Origin: Octopus sinensis
Taxonomy: Eukaryota
Length of the DNA: 64,000 nt
Assembly (NCBI RefSeq): GCF_006345805.1
Contig: NC_043005.1
Location: forward strand, 22,940,001 to 23,004,000
Direction: 5' to 3'
Part shown: positions 11,199 through 23,370 of the stretch, one piece after another
Layout: each line of letters opens with the position of its first letter
Position numbering within the stretch: position 1 is the stretch's first letter
Program-made: the position numbers and the translations under genes
The notes under the pieces: model-generated
Databases searched by the model: none
Seen by the model: the letters and a program-made list of their open reading frames with translations, nothing else
Told to the model about the DNA's origin: nothing

Positions 11199-14100
11199 TA
11201 TGTATGTATGCATGTATATATATATGTGTGTGTGTGCATGTTATATACACACATATATATGATGATGATATATATATATATATATGCCATCATTATCATT
11301 TTATAACCACTTTTCATGTTGGTATGCATTAGATGAGTCATCAGGTTCTAAGTTCTTATTCAGATTTACTTTCCTCCCGGACTTATCAGGGAAGAACATC
11401 TTACTCAATATTTTATTTTCACATGGTTTCTAGGACTGGATTCTCTTCCAAATACTCACCACTTACAGAATGTAGTGGTGCATTTTACTGTCATACTAAC
11501 ACAAGAGGCTGTTATGTCTTCAACAAGACAATACAACAAGTACCTCCCACCCTCATGTTGTCTCTACTTAACAAAGTGTGTGTGTGTGTGTGTGTGTGAG
11601 AGAGTTGTGTATCAGTTAGAGGATGGCCAATAAATCAATGCAGCAAGCAAAAATACTTATGGTTCACCCATTTACATTTCTTAGATGAAATGAGATCAAC
11701 AAAATTTGTATCAGACAAAGTACCAGAGCCAAAAAAATTGACATGAAAACCCTTGTATGCAGTGCCCAAAAATAGCCACTGTCTAATGACTTTAAATTAT
11801 TAATTCATGTCTATATCAAATATTTCATTATTTCTGAAATCATTTATATAACAAATGGATTTGGGAAATCTGGGATTTTTGTTTGTAACACTTGGGACAA
11901 TTTCAAAAGACTGAAAAATATTAGCACAATTCACAGAAAAAAGCCTGGTGAATATGTCCAGGTGTGTTACATCATGACAGACTTTACATTATAGCAATGA
12001 GAGCACATCATTGATTAAGTCATTAATATCAATGAAAAAACTCTGACAAGCCAACTGATTGATGGAGCAAACAATTAGCTAAGAAATCAATTACTTAATT
12101 CATTAAAGAGAATATACCAAGTCTGAATACATCATGACAGAACTAGAACAATGAGGCAAGCTGCTGATGAGGTGATAAATGGTAATGAAAGGACTCTGAC
12201 AGACCAAATGATTGACTGATCAAACAATTAGTCAAGCAATTGATTAGTTAATTAAGAGAGTATATCCAGTTTGGATACATCATGACAGGCCTGTAACAAT
12301 GAGGGCACATCTTTGATGAGGTTGCAAATGACAATGAAAGCACTCTGAGAAACCAAGTCATTAAGTGACTGATTGATTAACTGATTGATTGATTGATCAG
12401 TTGGTTAGTTGGTTGGTTGGTTGGTTGGTTGATTCATTCATTGACCAAACAATTAGTCTATTGACTGAAACCAATAAAAGAATAAAAGAGTGAAACACTG
12501 ACCTTTTCGTTTTGATAATATCCAAAAGGTGAAAGGAACCACACACCAAAATATAGAACCAACAACAACAAATGGTAAGATGAAGCCTCCAACCTGATTA
12601 TTTCCAATAGAAAATAGAAATCATATAAGAAAAGAATTATTGGTTAATTCTATATTTGTTGGACAAATAAGAAAATGAAACATTCAAAGACATTGTTAGA
12701 ATATACACAGGGATTGTCCGTTTATTCATAAACACACACCACACACACACACACACACACACCTTACAAACACATACACATATATATCTGCAAGGAAGTC
12801 TAAAATTCAGTTTCCATTATACACTCAAGTTCATACATTTTGTGGAAGGGTATAATCAATTATACTGAACACAATATTTAATACGTACATTAATATATCA
12901 ACCACAGAAAGTTAAACTAAGGCATTTACTCTAGTGATTCTACCAATTTTGTCTTATCATGTCTTGGGCCCTCAACTTTTGATAGAGTCATAGGGATGCT
13001 ATCATGACAAATTGCACACCAGTTTTCTCTATGTGTCACAGTTGTATGCCAGAGCTCAAGTGTCTGCTAACAATTTGCCTGTCCATTCCTTGATGTTGTT
13101 TGTACATCATTTTGCCAGTTGGTTCCTTAAAAAATGGTTTTCATGAGTCTATTGGATTTCGTTAGATGGCCATATCATCTCAGCTTTCTTTTCTTCACCA
13201 TTTTAAGAAGATCTTCAAGGAGGCTAATGCAATACTGAATGGTTTTGTGAAGTTCCATTTACGATATGATTTAAGTACAAAATGTTTAAGGTGTTGTGAT
13301 AGCATCTCATTCACAATGCTTGTATCTTCCTCAGAATCTCTGCTGTGAGAATCTATGCCTCAGTTGCATACAGAAAGATGGAAAATAGCAGTATACAACA
13401 TACGGAGTCTGATTTTCCTGGCAACGAGTGCAGTTTTCACACAAGGCACCATTGGAGAGTGGTTCCATTTCACCATAGGTTTCCATTAAGCCTGAATCTT
13501 CTCTCCACCCACTTCAACATCTTCATGGAACTGATCATGAGCAATGTCCTTGAAAACCATATAGCAGAGTCAGTACTGGAGATGAGTACATCGAAAATCT
13601 AAGATTTATTGATAACAGTGAGGGGCTGGCAGGAAGGGAAGAGGAAATGATTGAATTAGTCAGCCATCTTGATAGAACTTCTGCCAAGAATGATATGGAA
13701 ATCAGTGCTGCAGAAATACAAACTCATGACAAATACCAATGATTTCATCTCATCCAACTTCTCTGTACAAGGACAGAAACTAGAAACGGTGCAGCAGATT
13801 AAATATCTGGAAGCAATTATTAATGATAAAAGATTAAAACCTGAAATTCTCACAAGTGCCATACAGATAATAACTGCACTAACAAAACTCATGGCAATGC
13901 AGAAAATTAAAAAGATTGATATAAACAACAAAACCAGAGTTTTGGGTACACTGGTACTTCCCATTAATACACAGTGGTCTCATATACAGTTACACTTCCA
14001 CCCTGGGCTATCAAAACATAGATGTGCCTCATTTCAGAAATTCGCAGAATTGTTAGAGCATCAGAAAAATAGCTATCTGTATTTCTTCCAATTCATATTA

Positions 14101-17100
14101 TCCATCTCCCACCAAGGTCAACTTTGCCTTTCATCCTTTCAGGGCTGATCATATAAAGTACCAATCATGTACAGGGAACAATGTAATCAACTAACCCCAA
14201 CCGAAAATTTGAAATGATTCTCCTTTTTATTAAGGCAGTGAGGTGGCAGAATCATTAACATGTTGGATAAAAATACTCAGCGGCATTTCTTTTGCCTTTA
14301 CATTCCAAGTTCCATTACACCTGAGGACAACTTTGCTTTTCATCCTTTTGAGAGTCAATAAGGACAAAGTACCAGTCACGTATTGATCAAATAGCCCCAC
14401 CACCTCTTAAAAATTGCTGTCCTTGTGCCAAAATTTGAAATTATTATTGAGTGAACAGTGCATGCCATCAAAATGACACTGGGGTAAAATATATGAAGCC
14501 CAGTATACCCATCATGACTATCTGTCTGATAAGGGTACACCAGGCACAAGCATCACAACCATATGTACATGAAATGGTGATCTCATCTCAAGGTAAACAG
14601 TACATGACATTATTATTATTATTATCATTATTATTATTATTATTATTATTAAGGCAGTGAGCTGGAAGAATCATTAGCATGCTGGGCGAAATGCTTAGTG
14701 GTATTTCGTATGCCACTACGTTCTGAGTTCAAGATCTGCTGAGGTCGACTTTGCCTTTCATCCTTTCAGAGTCAATGAAATAAGTACCAGTTATGCACTG
14801 GGGTCAATGTAATTGACTAGTCCTCTTCCCACCAAAATTTTCAAGGCCTTGTGCCTAGAGTAGAAATAATTATCATTATTATTATTATTATTAAGGCAGC
14901 AAGCCGGCAGAATCGTTAACATGCCAGACAAAATGCTTGGTGATATTTTGCCCATTGTTACATTCTGAGTTCAAATTCTGCTGAGGTCTACTTTGCCTTT
15001 CATCCTTTCAGGGGTCGATAAAATAAGTACCCGTTGAACACTGGGGTCGGTGTAATCGATTCATCACCTCCCCCAAAATTCCTGCCCTTGTGGCAAAATT
15101 TGAAACCATTATTTTTTTTTTTTTCTGTCGAGGTCAACTTTGCTTTTCATCTTTTTGGGGTCAATGTAATCAATTCATCCCCTCCCACAAAACTGCTGCT
15201 CTTGTGGGAAAATTTTAAACTATTATTGTTATTATTATATATACTAATTACACTACATCACCTGTAATTCATTCATAATTTATCATTTGAATTCTCATAA
15301 TCTAAAATAATTTCATATAATGCTTCAACAATATGAATTATCTAGGTATTTGATCAGAAAACAAAAGAAATTAGTTATTACACTGTATAAAGCTCCACCA
15401 AGTGCTGGTCCTACGGCAAGACCAATTCCTACAAACGTCTCTGTTATACCCTGTAAAAAGCATAAAATCAATGAGAAAGAAAACATATTTTATCAAAAAT
15501 ATATAATGAATGAGGTGTGTGGTGAAAAGGAGGAAGAGATAGAGACTTGTAACATAAAGGAAGAGATGAAAAGGAGGCAGAGATCGAGGCTTGTAACATA
15601 AGTACAACTGTGAGTTTTTGTGAAACAATCAGCTATGAGACATAGCCTGATCTTTGGGTGGAATAAGATTCCAATCTTACAGGAGGTAACATAATGAGTC
15701 ATGAAAACTAAAAGAAAGATTGGGAGAAATTGTAACGTGAAAGGATCTATCATCGAAGCACTGGCAGGGTGTCGAGATCCTTTCTAGTCACATACAAAAA
15801 TTCTTGTAGAAAACAAACAGACGAAACTCAGGTTAAAGGTGAACAGACAACTTGGTTTATTGATTCATGGTTGTACGTTGTCTGATGGGGAATAGACAGC
15901 CTCTGATATACTGCTGGTGTTGGTCGTTGAGGTTGGTTGAAGTTGGTTGAAGCTTGGTGTGTGGCTGTCAGAGCCAGGAAAACCGTGACCGATCGCAGTG
16001 CTGTCTTGAGCCGAAGAGAGAGATTTGAGGTTCGCGGGCTCGAGAGATGTTTTCCCGCACATGCGCATGGGGAAGACTTCCGGTGGCCACCCGGAAGTAG
16101 TCCCATTCTGCGCATGCGCGCCGAACCCTACACAGTAGCATCACTACAGGGCTCCCCTCCGAGTGCGAAGTACGGCAACCAGAATATTGTGGTGGTGCTG
16201 CAGAAAACAGAAGGCTTGCCGATCCCCCAGAAGACTTGGTACATACTATTATACAATAAGAAACATTTTAAAGTTAAATGTAAATTGTTTTTGAAAGTTT
16301 CTTGGGCCAATGCACTGTTCTGCCCGATTTTGTAACATACGGTGTGCTCGGGGCACCCGTTGACGGCGAGGGTGGTGTTGTAGGAGCCGGTGAAGGTGTT
16401 GGGCAGGTGAAGGCGTTTGTGCAGGTGAAGGCGCTTGTGCAGGTGAAAGTGTTGTTAAAGGTGCATAGGTGGGTGTGTCAAGGTTGTCATCAAAAGATGA
16501 AGACGTCTCAAAATGTGCCTTTTTTAAACGGTCCACGAAACGGTCTCCGAACGACCATTTATCTCAATCGTGAAAACCTTTGGTGTGCGAGAAAGCACAC
16601 GAAAAGGTCCTTTATAGGGAGAAACAAGTGGGCCCTTCACAGAATCGTCCCGAACAAAAACATGCGACCAGGTGTTCATATCCGGTGGAAGATGGGACGG
16701 TGGAGATTGCTTTCTGGGAAGCATGGGCGGAAGGTTTGAAAAATATTCCCGCAGTCTGGTGACATAGGTCGCCGGATCATGGGGCGGGGAAGTGTCTGGC
16801 ACCAACATCGTACCGGGCAATGCCAGTGTGGTACCATACAGCAGCTCTGCAGCAGAAAACCCCAGGTCTGCCTTGACAGCAGTCCGACAGCCGAGAAGCA
16901 CAATGGGCAGAAATTCGATCCAGGACTGTGGGTCCGAAGAGGCACGAAGAGCGGCCTTGAGCTGTCTATGGAACCGCTCAACCAATCCATTAGACGCTGG
17001 ATGGTAGCTTGTGGTGTGGATATGGTGCATACCCAAAATTCGCGACAATTCGCGAAATAGCGAGGCCTCAAACTGTCGTCCACGATCAGTTGTCAATCGG

Positions 17101-20100
17101 GACGGGACTCCGAAGCGAGAAATCCAGTTTGAAACGAAAGCTCGCACAACAGTCTCAGCAGAAATGTCTGCTATCGGAATGGCTTCTGGCCAGCGGGAGA
17201 AACGATCGACACAAGTTAATAGATAAGAGAACCCGCGACTCACAGGCCATGGTCCAACCAGATCGATGTGGACATGGCGAAAACGGGCCTCCGTGGGGGG
17301 AAATTGTCCAAGCGGGGCACGAACGTGCCGTTGAATCTTGGATCGTTGACACTTGGAGCAGGTGCGTGTCCAACAAGTAATTGTGCGACGCATATTCGGC
17401 CAGAAAACCGAGCAGTGATTAGTTTGAGGGTGGCAGCGATGCCAGGATGTGATAAGGAGTGCAGTGCTTCAAACACTGAGCGTTGATGGGTCTCAGGCAC
17501 CAGTGGCCTGGGAGATCCAGTTGAAGTGTCACAAAGAATGGTGCCTTCGGCTGACGGAAGCGGAAGGTAGGAAAACTGGCACACAGAGAACTTGGGAGAA
17601 GTTAAATCTAACGACGCCAAAGGTGGCTGCTCCTGCGATATGGCAGCTAAGTCGATAGCAGCAGGAGACGAAAGGGCGCAAACTGGAAGGCGAGAGAGAG
17701 CGTCAGCAGGAACGTTCTCTTTTCCAGGTATGTGTCGAATGTTGCTAGTAAATTGAGAGATAAAATCCAGGTGCCGAAAAGCACGGGGTGAGAGTTTGTC
17801 CGTTTTTGAAAACAGGGCAAACGTAAGGGGCTTGTGATCCGTATAGATCACAAAATCTCGCCCTTCAAGTTGATGCTGGAAATGACGAACCGATAGGTAG
17901 ATCGCTAGGAGCTCACGATCAAAGGTGCTGTATCGTCGTTCAGCTGGTTGCAGTTGACGGGAAAAGAAGGCTAGAGGTCGAACATGGTCATCCACTGTGT
18001 GTTGTAACACAGCGCCAATCGCAGTGTCCGATGCGTCCACAGTCAAAGAGAGAGAAGCACCAGGAACTGGATGTGCAAGCAAAAAACAGAAGCCAGCTCC
18101 TTCTTAATGGACTCAAAGGCTGTCACTGCCTCAACAGAGAGGGTGACTTGACTGTCCTTTCTAGGAGAGTCCTTTAACCCTGGTGAGAGGTAGCAGCTTA
18201 TCTGCACAACCGGGAATGAAGCGTCGGTAGAAATTGACCATCCCTAGATAATGCCTGAGCTGGCGCAAGGAAGTGGGGGGTGCGATGCGTTGAATGGCAT
18301 CGACTTTTGACGAGAGGGGGCTGATTCCAGTCGAATCAATATGATGCCCTAGAAAATCTAGGGAAGAGCGTCCGAAAACACACTTGTCGGGGTTTATGCG
18401 TATGCTATACGCGCGAAGACGCTGGAAGAGTTGAGAAAGGTGCCGGAGATGATTTTCTCGTGTGTCGCTCGCAATGAGTATGTCATCGACATAGGCAAAC
18501 ACAAAATCAAGACCGCGGACAACCTCATCAATGAAACGCTGGAAGGTGCTAGTAGCATTCCGCAAACCGAAACTCATGTACAAAAACTCAAAACACCCAA
18601 ACGGGGTAGTGATTGCAGTTTTTGGAACGTCGGCTGGGTTGACCGGTATTTGGTGGTAAGCGCGTATCAGATCGACCTTCGAAAAAATGGTACAACCATG
18701 GAGATTTGCTGTAAAGTCCCGGATTTCTAATCGGATAGCGATCGGCTATTGTGACGGCATTGAGGCGTCGATAGTCTCCAACCGGGCGAAAATCAGACTC
18801 GCCCTTTCGCGCCAAATGAAGGGGAGATGCCCATGGGCTGGTGGAGGGGCGTATAAGCCAAGTTGAAGCATGTGCTCAAACTCGGCTCTGGCCGTTTTAA
18901 GTCGGTCTGGCGCTAGGCGCCGGGGGCGTGAGAATACAGGTGGCCCATTGGTGGTGATGAAATGGAGGGTCGAGTGGGTAGGATTTTCCGGTTTAAAGGC
19001 AATGTCCACTAGCTCCGGAAATGAAACAAAAGAGAGTGAAAAGGGTCTCCAGAGGTGGCAACAAAGAATGTCGGGCTAAGGACCGCAGTGGTGGAACTCC
19101 CAGTCGGTGTAGAGAGCGACGTCGTGCTATCAAGAAGCCTCCGACGCCTGACATCCACCAATAGGTAAACCTATCCAGGAAATCAGCGCCGAGAATAGGA
19201 TGCGGGATGTCAGCGATGACGAAAACCCATCGAAAGTCTCGACGAAGGTTGAGGTTGAGGCGCAGCGAAATCTGACCGTAAGTGGTTATGGGAGACGAGT
19301 CAATAGCATGCAAGACAATCGAAGAGCGCTTGGGCTTGTCTGCAGCCAGACGAAGGGGCCAGATGCTGCAACAGGAGCCGGTGTCTACCATGAAGAATTT
19401 CTCCGACACCAGATCTTTTACAAAAACTGCACGATTTTTGGGAATGGCGATGGAAGAAGGTGACGTGCTCAACTCCTCCGGACTTAGTTTTCCGAGGGCT
19501 TGAAAATGCACGGCTGGGTACACCGATCTGCCCTTTTGGTAGAGCGACTACGACTGCGTTGTCGGCGCTCGATCGCACGGGATAGATCGTCGATTCGCCG
19601 CGTGAGCGCATCAATCCGCTCGGTTAGTGAAATTTGCGCAGGGCCCCCTATACATGCACAGAGGCCTCGCGATGGAGATGGATTCGGAAATTCCAGTATT
19701 CCATCGGCCATCGTGGCAATCTGAATATTGCTCTCCCCCGAACGTGTGTTGCGGCGGAGGATTTCTGCTTTCACAGACGCGTATGTGGCATCCGGGTGGG
19801 GACTTATTATTAGATCCCTGATCGATGCGGCGAGTCGGGGATGTAAGCCGGAATATAGCAGGTGCAACTGCTGCTGTGGAGAAATGGCATGTGCATCAAA
19901 ATACCACTCCACTTGGGCAAACCACAGGCCCATATCCCCCGTAAATGAAGGCAAACCTGAAGCCGTGCCTTTGTCGGAAGGAATCTGTGAGAAGGGGGCA
20001 GAAGGTATGGTCTAGAAGTGGAGAGAGAACACGTGGAACCGAGAAGGCAATTCAAAATTGTGTTTGTGTGTGCACCTCGTGGGTAGCAAAAAAAGGAATA

Positions 20101-21046
20101 GGTGTGTACAAGGAAAACAAAATACAGAAAAGAAAAAAAATGAATGTGTGTGTGTTTTTTCTTTTTTCTTTGTTTTTTTTTTTTTGTACTGTGTGCGATG
20201 AATAAGGCTATTTGACCCACCTCGCCGTGCTGAAAAGGAGAAAATAGGAAAATAAATGTGAATTTCCGCGCTCTTCGGCCCCAAAAAACACCTGTTCGCT
20301 GTGTCTTTTTCTATCCTGTTCTTTTTCTCAACTAGGGGTCACCAATTGTAACGTGAAAGGATCTATCATCGAAGCACTGGCAGGGTGTCGAGATCCTTTC
20401 TAGTCACATACAAAAATTCTTGTAGAAAACAAACAGACGAAACTCAGGTTAAAGGTGAACAGACAACTTGGTTTATTGATTCATGGTTGTACGTTGTCTG
20501 ATGGGGGAATAGACAGCCTCTGAGATACTGCTGGTGTTGGTCGTTGAGGTTGGTTGAAGTTGGTTGAAGCTGGTGTGTGGCTGTCAGAGCCAGGAAAACC
20601 GTGACCGATCGCAGTGCTGTCTTGAGCCGAAGAGAGAGATTTGAGGTTCGCGGGCTCGAGAGATGTTTTCCCGCACATGCGCATGGGGAAGACTTCCGGT
20701 GGCCACCCGGAAGTAGTCCCATTCTGCGCATGCGCGCCGAACCCTACACAGTAGCATCACTACAAAATAATAGGTGTGAGGTATTCAGATTGTAAAACAA
20801 TGGGTCAGTATAAATCAGGACATTGTTGCAGAATTCGAACACTGGACCTCAAGAAGACAATGTGCCCAATGTCAGTAAATGCATAAAAGAACCTATTACA
20901 CTCTCAGAGTGGCTGGTGTTAGGAAGGGCATCCAGCTGTAGAAACCTTGCCAAATAAGACTGGAGTTTGATGCAGCCCCTCAACTTACCAGCTCTGGTCA
21001 AACCATCCAACCCATGCCAGCATGGACAACGGACGTTAAATGATGA

Positions 21047-21118
<72 letters not shown>

Positions 21119-21306
21119 TTGACACAAACATATATGCACACATTTTATTTCAATCAACTCAGCGTCGTGCTACTCTGAGCACACTTACCTGAAGATGCTA
21201 TGACCCTGCATGTGAAACTCAGATTACAAGAGGCTGACTCGACTAAAATAAAATATCATTAATCTCAGCCATAGAACTGTGTGCTCTTTTCCAATAGTTA
21301 ATGCTA

Positions 21307-21347
<41 letters not shown>

Positions 21348-23326
21348 CTTGACCAAAGAATGCATAAAACTTCTCTGCCAGCATAAAAGTATTAATGTAG
21401 AATTTAAGATAGAAAATACAAACAAGGAGTTAGAGTAGAAGAGAGAGGGGCACAGACAGACAGATGGATGAACAGGTGGATAGACAGAAAAAAGAGAATA
21501 AGTTAGAAAGGAAAGGAAAGAAGAGAAAGAGAATAAACAAGAAAGAAAACAAAAAGAAAGGACAGAGTGAGAGAAAAAGTATAAAAGAGGAATAAAAAAA
21601 GTATAAGTTTACTTACAAAAGCAGTACTGATGTCATCGGGGAATTCCAAAGACATAATGGTAAAACTGCTACAGTTATAGGCTGTACAACCAATGGCCAT
21701 AAATACTCTCAACACAAAACATAGAATCAAAAAGTGGAAGTTGTTATTTGGATCTATTGGAAGGAACTGCAAAAATCTAAAAAAAACAGAAAATGAAATC
21801 AAATTGTTATTTTTCAGAGGGGTTTTGATACCAAACCTAAATAACAGAAATCACCCCTTGGTCCTAATCTACAAACCCACCTAGACTGAGGCCATCCCTA
21901 GTCCCTTGCTACCAAACCAACTAGATCACCTCCAGTCTCAAGTTACCAACTTCATGCCATAAACACACCTGAGAACACTCCTGACCCCTATGATACCAAC
22001 CCATTTTGATAGCATGTCTAGTTCCATAGTAGCAACCCATCAAGATTACCTTTTATCCCAAACTACAACCCATCTCAAAACTCACCTTCTCCTGTGTTAT
22101 GAACCCATCTGAGAATACTCTACTCTCATCTGACACCATGTTAACAACTCACTTAAGAACACTACTGTTCCCAATTCACCTGAAACTACTCTTACTTCCA
22201 TGTTATTAATTTACTTGAAACAACTTCTGGTCCCATATTACATGACCACTCCTAATCCAGTGTTAACATACTTGAGACCATCCAAAATTATGTTCATACA
22301 GAAATTAAAATATCAGTAAAAATTTCATCATTATGATATGATATAATGAGATAAAATTTCTATTATAGTATTTCGTAACAAACTTTTATTTCAAACATCA
22401 GATTAATATACCAATAAATGGATATGAAGGAAACAGTCTATTTCAGCAATAAACTCCAATCCACACATTGTCTCTCATATGTAGAATTACCTCCAAACAT
22501 ATTAACAATACCCAAAACACATCTTCAATACCCACCTACTAAACCCAGGTAAACTAACACAGAAAAAGAAAAATAGATTCAAAAATAACAACAGCAGCAT
22601 CAATAGCTTCAGATACTGTGCTGGGATACATACCATCAGTGATATGTAAAAAGGGACATTAACTGCCATGCTCCAAGTTCATCACTCATTTTATGAAAGA
22701 TGATGATGGTTAAATTTTGGTTAAATGGGCTTATTTTAACTATGCAACTGTAGATAGGTGACAAGAATTGAGAGAAGCTGCTTGCCTTTAGTGTCTCATG
22801 GTTGTGTGTAGGACGTTCCAAATTACCCTAAATGGCTGCCACCATTTTGGTTATCCTTCCACAATGTTATTTATTATTATAATAAAGATATTAATATGTC
22901 TTTATTATTATGGTTTGATTTCATCTTATATTTAATATAAATCCCTCCATCATTTCTTTGTTGTTTTCTTTTGAGTAGATGTCTTCTATTATAGCCTGAG
23001 ATTGATGAAAGCCTTGTGAATATAATTTGGTTGATGGAAACTCTATCGAAGCTCTTCAAAGAAACCATTCCCATTCTTGGATGGAAGATTTAATACATCA
23101 CCATACATCACTTGGTTACACACCATGCTGTTACAAGCATTTACACCAGATTGTTGGTCTGAGCATAACTTTCTCCCTTAATCCCACAAGCTATAAAGGT
23201 CCTCAAAATAATCATGGGTACTATCCTTAATCCACTGACCAAACTATTAAAAGAATGTTGACTAAAGTTGACTAATGTCTTGTGAATGAAATTTGATAGA
23301 TAAAAAACTGTGGGGAAGCAACACAT

Positions 23327-23370
<44 letters not shown>

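Larger units (their letters stand above)
15731..20764 (-). mobile_element. Full-length Ty3/Gypsy LTR retrotransposon (5034 bp)
   Basis: Two 418-bp TG..CA LTRs, AAAT 4-bp TSD (15727-30, 20765-68), PBS, PPT, gag then PR-RT-RH-IN order. Confidence 0.97.

Noticed and set aside
11950-12360. CRISPR-like reading of regularly spaced conserved words
   Set aside because: Eukaryotic context, whole units are homologous (no unique spacers), no cas genes.
16249-16739. Possible env or extra ORF in the Gypsy 3' region
   Set aside because: Explained by the integrase tail and antisense frames; no signal peptide or transmembrane pattern.
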